Of a stretch of 61,934 nt of DNA, positions 38,056 through 47,831 are shown one piece after another. Source of the stretch: a virus (taxonomy: Duplodnaviria; Caudoviricetes); IMG/VR virus record IMGVR_UViG_3300031455_000003, positions 1 through 61,934 of that record. One strand, given 5' to 3'. The position numbers and the translations under genes were made by a program. How positions within the stretch are numbered: the first letter of the stretch is position 1; each line of letters opens with the position of its first letter. The notes under the pieces are model-generated. The model was not told the origin of the DNA and ran no database searches. It saw nothing but the letters and a program-made list of their open reading frames with translations.

Positions 38056-40894
38056 TCGAACGGACGCCTACGCGAGGGATGTCGTCAGCGGCAAGATCGT
38101 TGCGGGTGAGTTCGTGCGCCGGGCGGCGGAGCGCCATTTGCGCGACAGGGTCGAGGGGCCGAAGCGCGGCCTCAAGTGGGATCAGGCGGCGGCAGACGAG
38201 GCGATCGACTTCTTTCCAGCGGTGCTGAGCATCACGGAAGGCGTAAAGGTAGGGCAGCCGTTCAGCCTGCTGCCTTGGCATGTGTTCGTGGTCGGCTCGA
38301 TCTATGGCTGGAAGGATCGAGACGGAAACCGGCGGTTTCGGTTCGTTTGGATCGAGACCGGCAAGGGTCAGGCGAAGGCATTGGCGCTTGATACACCGAT
38401 CCCGACGCCGTCCGGGTGGACCACCATGGGCGCGCTGCGCGACGGCGACACGGTGGTCGGCGATGACGGACAGCCTTGCCGGGTAGTTCAGGCGCATCCT
38501 GTCGTCACCGGGCAGGACTGTTACCGGGTTCGTTTTGACGACGGGACCGAGATTGTAGCGAATGCCGGACACCTCTGGCGCACGGAGATGCGGAGGTCCG
38601 GGAACAGTGGACGCGCGGCGACGACTAAAGGCGTCCCCTTGGCGCAGCGTGGGGCGTGGCGGAAGGGCATCAGAACCACGGCGGAAATCGCCGCGACTCT
38701 GACCTACAAGAACGGACGCTACGCCTCGGCCAACCACAGTGTCGGGATGACAGAGCCGCTGAATTTGCCCGACGCGGCCCTTCCCGTTCACCCGTATGTC
38801 CTCGGGGCGTGGCTCGGGGATGGGGATAGCGACGGCGCCCGCATGACGGTCGGAGATGAAGACGCAGCGACGATGACTGACATCTTGTCGGCGTGCGGCG
38901 TGGTCCTGTCTCCGCAAGGCGGTCATCGTTTCCGCTTCGGCCTTCGCTCCGGCAGAAGGTGGGGGGCGCGGGCCGAGAATCTGGGTAGCCGCCTTCGGGG
39001 GCTCGGGCTCTACGGGAACAAGCACATTCCACCCGCCTATCTACGGGCATCGCGGGATCAGCGCCTTGCGGTTTTGCAGGGCCTAATGGACACGGACGGA
39101 ACCATCGGGGTCGATGGCCAGTGCTGTCTCGGCGTCACGAACCGGCGGATCGCAGAGGGCGCATTGGAGATAGCGCTTTCCCTCGGGCTCAAAGCGACGG
39201 TGGGCACGGAGACGGCGCGCCTGAATGGCGTCGATTGCGGTGAGGTCTATAGGGTTCGGTTCTACGCGCCGGAGGCGCTGCCCGTCTTCCGCTTGCCGCG
39301 GAAGCTAGAGCGTCAGAAGGTGCGACACGGACGTCGGCGCCTCTCCGGCGAGAGGCGCATCGTGGCGTGCGAGCCGGTTGAAAGCGTGCCGGTCCGCTGC
39401 ATCACGGTGGATAGCCCGTCGAGCATGTTCCTCGCCGGTCGGGAGATGGTGCCGACACACAACAGCCCGCTGATGGCGGGGCTTGGCATCTATGAGATCG
39501 TAGGGCGCAAGAAGCAGCGCGCCGAGGTCTACGCCATCGGCGAGGACCGCAAGACCGCCAATGTGATGTTTCGGGATGCTGCGGCGATGTGTCGTGCCCC
39601 GATCCCCCGGAAGGGCGGGCTGACGCTGGAGGGCGCCGGCAAGGTCGTCATTCGCGGCTTCGGCGACAACGCGTGGAAGATCGAGCATCCGGGTAGCGGC
39701 TCAAAGTTCGAGCCCGTCGCGAACAGCGATGCGATCTCGGGACCGAAGCCAACGATGGTTCTCGGCGACGAGATCCACGAGATGAAGACGAACAAGGCCA
39801 TCTCGATCTGGCGCGCGGCCATCGCCAAGATGAGCGGCGACCCGATGATGGTGCTTGGAACCAACACGCCGTCCGTCGATCAGCAGGTAGGCACGACCTA
39901 CAGCGAGTATTTCCAGAAGGTGCTGCGCGGTGAGTTCACCGACGACGGCGCGTTCGCCTATATCGCCCGGACGGACAAGACAGACGATCCGTTCAATGAC
40001 GAAAGCTGCTGGATCAAGGCGCTTCCGGCGCTGGGGATCACCTATCCGGTCGAGAACATCCGCAAGGAGGTCCAGACCGCCAAGGGAATGATCTCCACGT
40101 CCCTGACGACGAAGCGGCTATACTTTGGCATTCCGGTTGGGACGGCCGGATTTTGGATCGATGAAACGGCCTGGCTGAAGATCCAGGGCGAAGTCGATGA
40201 GCGGGAGATGAAGGGACGCCGGCTGCATCTGGCGCTGGACCTTTCGCAGAAGAATGACCTCACGGCGCTTTCCGGCTGCTGGGAGGGCGAGCATATCCAC
40301 GTCAAGACGTGGTACTGGACCTGCGAGACGAGGCTCGCCGAGCGCAGCACCGCAAATCAGATTCCCTACCGGGAACTGGCGGAAGCCGGGCTGATCGAGA
40401 TCACGCCTACGCCGATCATCGACTATGAGTTCGTCGCGCTACAGGTGCAACGGCTGTGCCGCGAGCACGACGTGTTCCAGCTCGTGTTCGACCCGTCGTT
40501 CATCGGCGACTTCATGAAGGCGTGCGCAGACATCGGGTTTGATGTCTGGCGCTACGAGGGCGACGATAAGCCTGCAGGGGTCGGCCTGCGCCTGGTGGGG
40601 CACGGTCAAGGCGGCAAGGTCGTTTTCGAGGGCAAGCAGCTGTGCATGCCGGTGTCCATCCGGCATTTCGAGGATCATATCCTGAAGGGCACGGTCACTG
40701 TCGACCGCAGCAGGTTGACAGACATCTGCGCGTCGAACGCCGTCATCCAGGCGGATGCGCAGAAGAACAAGTTCTTCGAGAAGAACAAGTCTCGTGGCCA
40801 CATCGACGGGCTCGTGACGATCGCGATGGCGGTCGGGTCGGCGACTTCCGAGATGGAAGCCAACACGATCGACATCATGGCGATGATCGCCTGA
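37985..40894 (+). CDS. terL: Terminase large subunit containing an intein (start codon uncertain)
   Basis: LLPWHVF, Walker A GKGQAK|S, Walker B GDEIHE, ALDLS..NDLTA, IDGLV. Confidence 0.95.
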   Translation: MTRTTKASAFRPRQRQLPTPTSIDRTDAYARDVVSGKIVAGEFVRRAAERHLRDRVEGPKRGLKWDQAAADEAIDFFPAVLSITEGVKVGQPFSLLPWHVFVVGSIYGWKDRDGNRRFRFVWIETGKGQAKALALDTPIPTPSGWTTMGALRDGDTVVGDDGQPCRVVQAHPVVTGQDCYRVRFDDGTEIVANAGHLWRTEMRRSGNSGRAATTKGVPLAQRGAWRKGIRTTAEIAATLTYKNGRYASANHSVGMTEPLNLPDAALPVHPYVLGAWLGDGDSDGARMTVGDEDAATMTDILSACGVVLSPQGGHRFRFGLRSGRRWGARAENLGSRLRGLGLYGNKHIPPAYLRASRDQRLAVLQGLMDTDGTIGVDGQCCLGVTNRRIAEGALEIALSLGLKATVGTETARLNGVDCGEVYRVRFYAPEALPVFRLPRKLERQKVRHGRRRLSGERRIVACEPVESVPVRCITVDSPSSMFLAGREMVPTHNSPLMAGLGIYEIVGRKKQRAEVYAIGEDRKTANVMFRDAAAMCRAPIPRKGGLTLEGAGKVVIRGFGDNAWKIEHPGSGSKFEPVANSDAISGPKPTMVLGDEIHEMKTNKAISIWRAAIAKMSGDPMMVLGTNTPSVDQQVGTTYSEYFQKVLRGEFTDDGAFAYIARTDKTDDPFNDESCWIKALPALGITYPVENIRKEVQTAKGMISTSLTTKRLYFGIPVGTAGFWIDETAWLKIQGEVDEREMKGRRLHLALDLSQKNDLTALSGCWEGEHIHVKTWYWTCETRLAERSTANQIPYRELAEAGLIEITPTPIIDYEFVALQVQRLCREHDVFQLVFDPSFIGDFMKACADIGFDVWRYEGDDKPAGVGLRLVGHGQGGKVVFEGKQLCMPVSIRHFEDHILKGTVTVDRSRLTDICASNAVIQADAQKNKFFEKNKSRGHIDGLVTIAMAVGSATSEMEANTIDIMAMIA
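38378..39463 (+). mobile_element. Class 3 intein with LAGLIDADG homing endonuclease (362 aa)
   Basis: Starts ALALDTPIPTP, ends VPTHN|S; HLW (block B), VRCITV (block F), T-H-N (block G); LGAWLGDG and LQGLMDTDG. Confidence 0.92.
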
Positions 40895-40915
40895 CACCCG
40901 AAAGGGCCTCTCAAC

Positions 40916-42811
40916 ATGACCACCATTCGCAAGGCCGCGGCATCCGCCGTTGGCCCTGATCTCGAGTTTGTCCTCTCCGACGAGACCGTGGATCGCTACG
41001 GCGACAAGGTCATGGCGACGGGCTGGGTGCTCGCGAATTTCCGCAAGAACGCGATCGCGCTGTTCGGGCACGACAGCCATTTCCCGATCGGCACGTGGAA
41101 GAACGTGCGCGTCGAGGGCGGCAAGCTGCTCGGCAAGCTGGAGTTCGCGGCCGAGGGCACGTCCGCCCGGATCGATGAGCTCCGCAGGCTGGTCGAGCAG
41201 GGCGTCCTGCGTGCGGTCTCGGTGGGTTTTCGCCCGCTCGAAGACGAGCCGATGGACGAGAAGAACCCCTACGCCGGCCGACGCTACACCCGGCAGGAGC
41301 TGGTCGAGTGCAGTGTCGTAAGCGTGCCGGCCAACCCGGCGGCGCTGGCGAAGGCTGCCCAACTCGGAATTTCCGCTGACGTCATCACCTTAGCCTTCGG
41401 CGAGCGCGCCGATGGGGGCGGGGTGACGCGTCACGGCGCTAGCGGCGAGAGCGCCGCCCCCCGAAACGCCCCCAACATGAGGCACACAATGAAGACGCTT
41501 TCCCAGCGCATCGAGGATGCGCAGACCGATCTCGTCGCCAAGCGCGACAAGCTCGTGGAGCTGAATGCCGCGGACGCGCTCGATCTCGACGCGATCGAGG
41601 AACTGAACGCCCAGCTCGACATGCAGGAGCGCGCGCTCGCGGCCATGAAGTCGTCCGAGGCCAAGCTCGCCGGCACGACCACCAGGTCCGGTGAGCTGGC
41701 GGCTCCGCCGACCAACCGCCGGCCGCTGGGGTTCCAGCAGCGCGAGGTCGACGGCTTCGACTTGATCGTTCGGGCGGCCGTCGTCAACGGCGTCGCGATG
41801 TTCGGCGGCAAGTCGATCGACAAGGTGCTCGATGAGCGCTACCCGGGCCATGAGGCGACCGCGATCATCTCGAAGACGGATGCCACCATCGGCACGACCA
41901 GCGTCAGCGGCTGGGCTTCCGAACTGATGCAGACGAGCTACGCCTCGTTCGTGGACGCGCTCCGCGGCCGGTCGATCTACCCGGATCTTCGCCAGCGCGG
42001 CATGTCGCTGTCCTTCGACCAGTCCGGCACCGCCTATATCCCGAGCCTTACCGCTGGTGGGGCCAACGGCTCGTTCTTCGGGGAAGGCGCTCCGATGCGC
42101 GTCGGCCGCATCACCACTGCGGCGACCACGATGACCCCGCGCAAGCTGGGCGTGATCGTGCCGTTTTCGCGCGAGGCGGCGAAGCGCAGCACCCCGAGCC
42201 TCGAGGCGCTGGTCCGCGACGCGATCGTGCGGGACACTGCGGCGATCCTCGATGCGGCCCTTCTCGATGCGACGGCCGAAGACTCGGTGCGGCCCGCGGG
42301 CCTGCTGAACGGCGTGTCGGCAACCGCCAGCGGCTACGGCGGCGGCGACTACATGGCGGTGATCGAGGATATCTCGGCGCTCATGGCGCCGTTCGATGCC
42401 GCAAACGCCTCGGACGGGATCGTGCTCGTCATGCACCCGGCGCAGTCCCGGAAGCTAGCGATGATGGCGGGTCCGGACGGCACCTTCGGGTGGGCCGACA
42501 AGTTCCTGTCGGAGTTCACCGTCGTGCGGTCCACGCACGCCACGGCCGGCCGGTTGATCGCGCTCCGCGTCTCCGATTTCATCACGGCGGCGGGCGACGC
42601 CCCGCAGTTCGAGATGAGCACCCAGGCGACCGTGCACATGGAGGACACCACTCCCTTGGAGATCGTCGAATCCGACTCGCCCGACGTGGTCGCCGCGCCG
42701 GTCCGTTCGTTCTTCCAGACCGACACCATGGGCATTCGCATGGTGATGGACGTGTCGTGGAAGATGCGCCGCTCCGGCGTTATCCGGTGGATCAACAGCA
42801 CGAGCTGGTGA
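40916..42811 (+). CDS. Prohead protease - HK97-fold major capsid fusion
   Basis: DRYGD, LFGHD, AVSVGF, ECSVVSVPANPAA; coiled delta-like region; capsid motifs GEG, P.GLLNG, SFFQTD. Confidence 0.92.
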   Translation: MTTIRKAAASAVGPDLEFVLSDETVDRYGDKVMATGWVLANFRKNAIALFGHDSHFPIGTWKNVRVEGGKLLGKLEFAAEGTSARIDELRRLVEQGVLRAVSVGFRPLEDEPMDEKNPYAGRRYTRQELVECSVVSVPANPAALAKAAQLGISADVITLAFGERADGGGVTRHGASGESAAPRNAPNMRHTMKTLSQRIEDAQTDLVAKRDKLVELNAADALDLDAIEELNAQLDMQERALAAMKSSEAKLAGTTTRSGELAAPPTNRRPLGFQQREVDGFDLIVRAAVVNGVAMFGGKSIDKVLDERYPGHEATAIISKTDATIGTTSVSGWASELMQTSYASFVDALRGRSIYPDLRQRGMSLSFDQSGTAYIPSLTAGGANGSFFGEGAPMRVGRITTAATTMTPRKLGVIVPFSREAAKRSTPSLEALVRDAIVRDTAAILDAALLDATAEDSVRPAGLLNGVSATASGYGGGDYMAVIEDISALMAPFDAANASDGIVLVMHPAQSRKLAMMAGPDGTFGWADKFLSEFTVVRSTHATAGRLIALRVSDFITAAGDAPQFEMSTQATVHMEDTTPLEIVESDSPDVVAAPVRSFFQTDTMGIRMVMDVSWKMRRSGVIRWINSTSW

Positions 42812-42818
42812 TCCTCCA

Positions 42819-42840
42819 GCGCGGGGCTTCGGCCCCGCGC
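42819..42840 (+). terminator. Hairpin after capsid gene
   Basis: GCGCGGGGC-TTCG-GCCCCGCGC perfect stem. Confidence 0.6.
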
Positions 42841-42886
42841 AACCCCCTTTCATCTTGTGCGGGATAGTCCGCGGGAGAAGCTCCAG

Positions 42887-43258
42887 ATGGCAGTTCGCCG
42901 TTTCGTCGTTCCCATGACCGTCAATGCTGACGGCGACGGGACTTTCTACACGCCGCCCATCTATGGGCATCTCGTCTCGTTCCGCTACGTGAAGATCGAT
43001 TTCGCGGACGGCATCGACTTCGTTTGCACGCTGGAGGCCACGGGCGAAACGCTCTGGGCAGAGGACAGCGTGGATGCGTCGGCGACGCGCCATCCGCGCG
43101 CGGCGACGCACTCCACGGCGGGCGCGGCCTCGCTCTATGCGGCCGGTGGCGCTGCGGTGAATGGCCGGATCGCCATCGCGGGCGACCGGATCAAGATCGT
43201 CGTGGATGGCGGCGGCGTCTCCAAGAGCGGCACGCTTCACGTGACCGTGGACGGGTGA
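42887..43258 (+). CDS. Virion protein, paralog 1 (head decoration candidate)
   Basis: Beta-rich 123 aa; similar to 43265-43645. Confidence 0.65.
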   Translation: MAVRRFVVPMTVNADGDGTFYTPPIYGHLVSFRYVKIDFADGIDFVCTLEATGETLWAEDSVDASATRHPRAATHSTAGAASLYAAGGAAVNGRIAIAGDRIKIVVDGGGVSKSGTLHVTVDG

Positions 43259-43264
43259 TCTGAC

Positions 43265-43645
43265 ATGGCACGCTCGCGCAAGTTCACCGTCGTCGCAACC
43301 TCGAACGGGTCGCAGGTCGGCACCCACTACACGCCGTGGCTCAGCGGCTTCATCGAGTCGATCCAGTACGTCAAGACCGACTACACCAATGGCGTCGATT
43401 TCGCTGTCACGTCGGACGCTACTGGCGAAGCGATCTGGACCGCCACCGACGCCAACTCGGCCGTGACGGTTCGCCCTCGCGCCGCGACCTGCAACACGTC
43501 CGGCGTCGCGGCGCTGCACGCGGCAGATACCGGCACGGCGGTGAACGACCGCATCGCCCTCAGTCGGGATCGGGTCAAGATCGTGCTGGCGCAGGCCGGC
43601 GCGAACAAGACGGGGACCTTCGTGGTGACCTTGTCCGATGCCTGA
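43265..43645 (+). CDS. Virion protein, paralog 2
   Basis: Shares YTP, YVK.D..G.DF, ATGE..W, PRAAT, VN.RIA...DR.KIV. Confidence 0.65.
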   Translation: MARSRKFTVVATSNGSQVGTHYTPWLSGFIESIQYVKTDYTNGVDFAVTSDATGEAIWTATDANSAVTVRPRAATCNTSGVAALHAADTGTAVNDRIALSRDRVKIVLAQAGANKTGTFVVTLSDA

Positions 43646-43892
43646 TCCGGTCTGGTATATCCTGGACGGGGGCGATGTGGCGGATCCGCTTGACGTCGCC
43701 CCCGACGCCTCCGGGATCCTCAAGCACAAGGACGGCCGCGCGGTGGCTTACAAGCCGCACGGCCCCCGCGCGCGCATGGTCTCCGCCGACGAGGCGGAGG
43801 CCTATCGCACCCGCGAGATGCAGGCAGAGCCGCCACTGGCGGCGGAGCCACCCAAGCGGACCTACCGCACGCGCGAAGTGAAGGCGCGCTGA
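43638..43892 (+). CDS. Hypothetical protein
   Basis: YRTREMQAE / YRTREVKA repeat; usual small gene before portal in this head type. Confidence 0.6.
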   Translation: MPDPVWYILDGGDVADPLDVAPDASGILKHKDGRAVAYKPHGPRARMVSADEAEAYRTREMQAEPPLAAEPPKRTYRTREVKAR

Positions 43893-43894
43893 CT

Positions 43895-45265
43895 TTGGGG
43901 AAGCGGGCCAAGCGGAAGGCCGTCAAAGGCGAGATCGTCAAGGCCGCCGAAGGCGAATATCGTTCCGGCCCCTATGTTCTGGACGACGGCTGGCTTCCGG
44001 CGGGCTCGGCGTGGAATTTCTGGCAGATGGGCCAGAACCCGCGCCCCTACGGCACGCACTCGGCCATGGTCGAGGCTTGCGTTTCGGCCTACGCGCAGAC
44101 GATCGCGATGTGCCCCGGCGACCACTGGCGCTTGCTCGGCAACGGCGGGCGCGAGCGGGTTACGACTTCCGCCCTGTCGCGGATCCTGCGCCGGCCGAAC
44201 GACTACCAGTCGATCAGCGATCTCAAGCTGAACCTAGCGCGCAATCTCTACGAGCACGGCAACGCCTACGCCTATGCGATCCGCAACGACCGCTACGAGA
44301 TCACCGAACTGCACCTGATGCGCCCGAGGCAGTGCGCCTGCTACGTGGGCGATGACGGCTCGATCTTCTACTCGCTCGGCGGGAACGAGATCGTAGATCG
44401 CCGGATCGGCACGACGATGGTCCCGGCTCGGGACGTGCTGCATGTGCGCCTCCACACGCCACGGCATCCCCTGAAGGGCGAGAGCCCCATTCTCGCGGCT
44501 GCGATCGACATTGCGGCGGGCAATGCGGCGATGGAGCAGCAGCTTGCGTTCTTCCGGAACCAGGCCAAGCCCGGCGTGATGTTGGCGACCGACGCCGCCA
44601 TGACCCGAGAGCAGATCAACGAGGCGCGCGAGCGGTTCCGGGACGTGACTACGGGTGAGAATGCAGGCGGGACGCCGGTGCTCGCTCACGGGCTTAAGCC
44701 GATCGTCGTCGCCACGAGCGCACAGGACGCGCAGCTGGCCGAAACGCTCAAGATGAGCGACCAGGCCGTGGCGCTGGCGTTCCGGGTGCCGCTCCAAGTG
44801 TTGGGAATCGGCGGCACGCCCTACGCGTCCACGGAAATGCTCATGCAGTCGTGGGTCAGCACGGGGCTCGGCTTTGCGCTGAACCACATCGAAGAGGCCT
44901 TCGACCGGCTGTTCAACCTGCGCGGCGTCCCAGAGGAATACGTGGAGTTCTCCACAAAATCCCTGCTGCGATCGGCGTTCAAGGATCGCCTGGAGGGGCT
45001 CGCGCGCGGCGTGTTGACGGGCATCTACAGCCCGGACGAGGCGCGGGCCGAGGAAGAGCTCCCCGAGGTCAAGGGCGGCTACGGCGAAGAGCCGCGAGTG
45101 CAGCAACAGGTCGTGCCGTTGAGCGCATGGGAGAAGGGGCAGATCGCCGCTCCTGCCCCCGCTGCTCCGCCGGCCCCGGCTGCGACAGACGAGGGCGAGG
45201 ATGCAGAACGGAATAGCCCAGACGCGATCTTCCGCCGCCTCGATGTCCTCCGCAGCCTACACTGA
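43895..45265 (+). CDS. Portal protein (HK97 family)
   Basis: VEACV..YAQTIA, RPNDYQS, GNAYAY, VLHVR, LKGESP, AFRVP. Confidence 0.93.
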   Translation: MGKRAKRKAVKGEIVKAAEGEYRSGPYVLDDGWLPAGSAWNFWQMGQNPRPYGTHSAMVEACVSAYAQTIAMCPGDHWRLLGNGGRERVTTSALSRILRRPNDYQSISDLKLNLARNLYEHGNAYAYAIRNDRYEITELHLMRPRQCACYVGDDGSIFYSLGGNEIVDRRIGTTMVPARDVLHVRLHTPRHPLKGESPILAAAIDIAAGNAAMEQQLAFFRNQAKPGVMLATDAAMTREQINEARERFRDVTTGENAGGTPVLAHGLKPIVVATSAQDAQLAETLKMSDQAVALAFRVPLQVLGIGGTPYASTEMLMQSWVSTGLGFALNHIEEAFDRLFNLRGVPEEYVEFSTKSLLRSAFKDRLEGLARGVLTGIYSPDEARAEEELPEVKGGYGEEPRVQQQVVPLSAWEKGQIAAPAPAAPPAPAATDEGEDAERNSPDAIFRRLDVLRSLH

Positions 45266-46781
45266 GGCGCTGGAGCGCGCGCTTGCCCGCGTCATCTCGG
45301 ATGCCGAGCGCCAGATGCAGGCTCTGGCGGCCCGCTGCGACGCCACGGTGGCCGCGATGCAGGCCAGAGTGACGGACGCGGAGACGCGGATCCTCGCGGC
45401 GGAGGCCGTTGTTGCTCGCCGTTTGGCGGCGACAGAAGCGGACATAGCGTTGCGCGTAACGGCGCGGCTGGCCGAGATCGAGCCCGTCGACGTCGCGGAG
45501 ACGGTGCGCGGCTTGCTGCCGCCTCCGCCCGAGCCGTTCGACCCATCGCCGCTGATCGATCGGATTGCGGCGGTCGAGGCGCGCGAGATGCCTGCGCCGT
45601 TCGATCCCGAGCCGCTCCGCAGCGAGTTCTATGGCAGCCTTGCCTCCGTCCGGAAAGAGGCAGCCGACGCGCTGGCGGCCATCCCAGAGCCGCAGGAGCC
45701 CGCGCCGCTGCCCGACATCCCCGGGCTGGTGGATGAGGCCGTGCGCGCCGCTGTGGTGGAGCTGACGGTCGAGATAGACGGCCGTAAGGACGCGGCATCC
45801 GCGGAAGTAGAGCGGATGGTTGGCGATGCCGTCGCGCGTGCTGCTGCTGCACTACCGCCGCCTGCACCGGGCAAGGACGCGGATCCCGAGGAAGTGCGGG
45901 CGATGGTGGCCGGCGCTGTGGAGGCGGCTGTGGCGGCTATCCCTGTGCCCAGCGACGGCAAGGACGCGGACATGGATCAGGTCCGCGCGTGGCTTGACGA
46001 GGCAGTTGCTGCGCTGCCTCCACCGAAGGACGGCGAGAGCGTCGACCCCGATACGGTCAAGACGATGGTGGACGAAGCGGTTGCCGCCATTCCTCCCGTC
46101 GATCTTGAGCCGCTGCGCGAGGAAATCGCTGCGGTGAAGTCGGCCATTCCGGTTCTGCCGGAGCCGGCTGACCTGAGCGGCTTCGCCCTGCGGTCGGAAC
46201 TGCCGGTGCTCCCGGAGCAGAAGGACTGGACGCCTGAGATCGAGGCGCTGCGCGAGGAAATCGCCGGCACGCGCACCGAACTCGGCGAACAGGTCGCCAA
46301 GATCGCCGAGCACCGCGGCGTGTTTCCGATCGCGAAGGAATGGGCTGACGCCGTCCACTACGAAGGCGCGGTTGTGCGGCACAACGGCTCGCTCTGGCAG
46401 GCTGTCCGGGACACGGGCAAAGCCCCGGGCGGGGACGATTGGGCATGCCTCGCGGCGGGTGGAGACAAGGGCGACCCAGGTGAGAGCATGATCGCCCGCG
46501 GCACGTTCGACCCGGCCGAAGAATACAGGCGGCTGGACGTGGTGGCCTACGACGGCGGTGGTTGGCTTGCCAGGACGGACAATCCTGGCGCGATCCCCGG
46601 CCCCGGCTGGCAGTCGATCGCCACGCGCGGCGGTCGCGGCAGGCAGGGCGAGAGCATCAAGGGCGATCCCGGCCCGGGCATCGTGGCTGGCGAAGTGTCC
46701 GACCAGGGGCTGGTGACGCTGACCAACGGGGACGGGAGCGAGGTCGAGATCGACCTGTATCCCGTGCTGGTGCGGCGATGA
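45243..46781 (+). CDS. Coiled-coil/Pro-rich repeat protein with carbohydrate-binding-like and collagen-like C-terminus
   Basis: GKDAD/KDGES repeats; YEGAVVRHNGSLWQA; GDKGDPGE. Confidence 0.7.
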   Translation: MSSAAYTEALERALARVISDAERQMQALAARCDATVAAMQARVTDAETRILAAEAVVARRLAATEADIALRVTARLAEIEPVDVAETVRGLLPPPPEPFDPSPLIDRIAAVEAREMPAPFDPEPLRSEFYGSLASVRKEAADALAAIPEPQEPAPLPDIPGLVDEAVRAAVVELTVEIDGRKDAASAEVERMVGDAVARAAAALPPPAPGKDADPEEVRAMVAGAVEAAVAAIPVPSDGKDADMDQVRAWLDEAVAALPPPKDGESVDPDTVKTMVDEAVAAIPPVDLEPLREEIAAVKSAIPVLPEPADLSGFALRSELPVLPEQKDWTPEIEALREEIAGTRTELGEQVAKIAEHRGVFPIAKEWADAVHYEGAVVRHNGSLWQAVRDTGKAPGGDDWACLAAGGDKGDPGESMIARGTFDPAEEYRRLDVVAYDGGGWLARTDNPGAIPGPGWQSIATRGGRGRQGESIKGDPGPGIVAGEVSDQGLVTLTNGDGSEVEIDLYPVLVRR

Positions 46782-47323
46782 GCCTGCGGCGGATCGAAGT
46801 GGCGACCTTGCCGATCTCTGTCGCGGAGGCGCGGGCTAACGGCCGGATCGATGCGGACACGGACGACTCCCTGGTGGAGATCCACATCCGGGCGGCGACG
46901 GCCCATGCCGAGCGGCTGTGCGGCTGCGCGTTCAGCCCGCAAGTGTGGGAACTTGTTCTAGATTCCTTTCCGTCCAAGGAGATCAGCCTCATCATGGGGC
47001 CGGTCTCCGAGGTCGTCTCGATCAAGGCCATCGACCTTGCGGGGGCAGAGCAGACCGTCGATGCCGCTGACTACGTGGTCGATACTGCGTCCCGCGTCGG
47101 CTGGGTCGTCCCGGTCGCATCATGGCCGGCGACGATGGAGACGATCAACGCAGTCGTCGTTCGGTTCATCACAGGAACGATCGAGCCCGATGCAAAGCAA
47201 GCGATCCTGTTGCTGACCGAGCACTACTACGAGAACCGGGCAGACGGCTCGGAGGCGAGCGTCACATCGATCCCGTTCGGGGTGCGCGAGCTCCTGTCGC
47301 TGCATCGCCGCTGGTTCATCTAG
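46778..47323 (+). CDS. Head-tail adaptor (gp6-like)
   Basis: PISVAEAR...DD.LV...I.AA...AE; KQAILLL.EHYYENR. Confidence 0.88.
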   Translation: MSLRRIEVATLPISVAEARANGRIDADTDDSLVEIHIRAATAHAERLCGCAFSPQVWELVLDSFPSKEISLIMGPVSEVVSIKAIDLAGAEQTVDAADYVVDTASRVGWVVPVASWPATMETINAVVVRFITGTIEPDAKQAILLLTEHYYENRADGSEASVTSIPFGVRELLSLHRRWFI

Positions 47324-47414
47324 GCGACCCGCCAACGACTGAAGAAGTCGAGCGCAACTACAGTCATCGCAACCATCCAAACCGCCTACTGGCGGCCGAG
47401 TAGGAGCTAAGCCA

Positions 47415-47831
47415 TTGGCAACGTACGTGAAATACGAGCCCTTCGCACAGAAAATGTGGAACGGCGACCTCGATCTGTTCGGAACCGAGGACACGGTCAA
47501 GATTCTGATCGCGTCCGACGCGCCGGTTGTGGCAACCGATGACGAGGTCGCCGACGTAACGCAGGTCACCGGCACCGGCTACACGTCCGGGGGCGAGGAC
47601 ACGCAGAACAACTCCACGCGATCGGGCGGAACGGTCACCGGGACCGCGGTGGATGTCGTCTGGACCGGCGGCGCTGGCGGCTTCACTGCGGGGCGGTATC
47701 TGATCCAGTTCGATGACACTATTTCCGGAGATCCACTGCAAAACTATTGGGACTACGGGGCCAACTTTACTGTGGCTGTTGGTGAGACCTTTACAGTTGA
47801 CTACGGCGCGTCGGTCTATACTTTTACATGA
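47415..47831 (+). CDS. Beta-rich virion protein (putative fibre subunit)
   Basis: TAGGAG RBS + TTG; DLDL...DTVKI.., GTGYTSGG, DVVWT, WDYG..TV..GETFTV. Confidence 0.7.
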   Translation: MATYVKYEPFAQKMWNGDLDLFGTEDTVKILIASDAPVVATDDEVADVTQVTGTGYTSGGEDTQNNSTRSGGTVTGTAVDVVWTGGAGGFTAGRYLIQFDDTISGDPLQNYWDYGANFTVAVGETFTVDYGASVYTFT

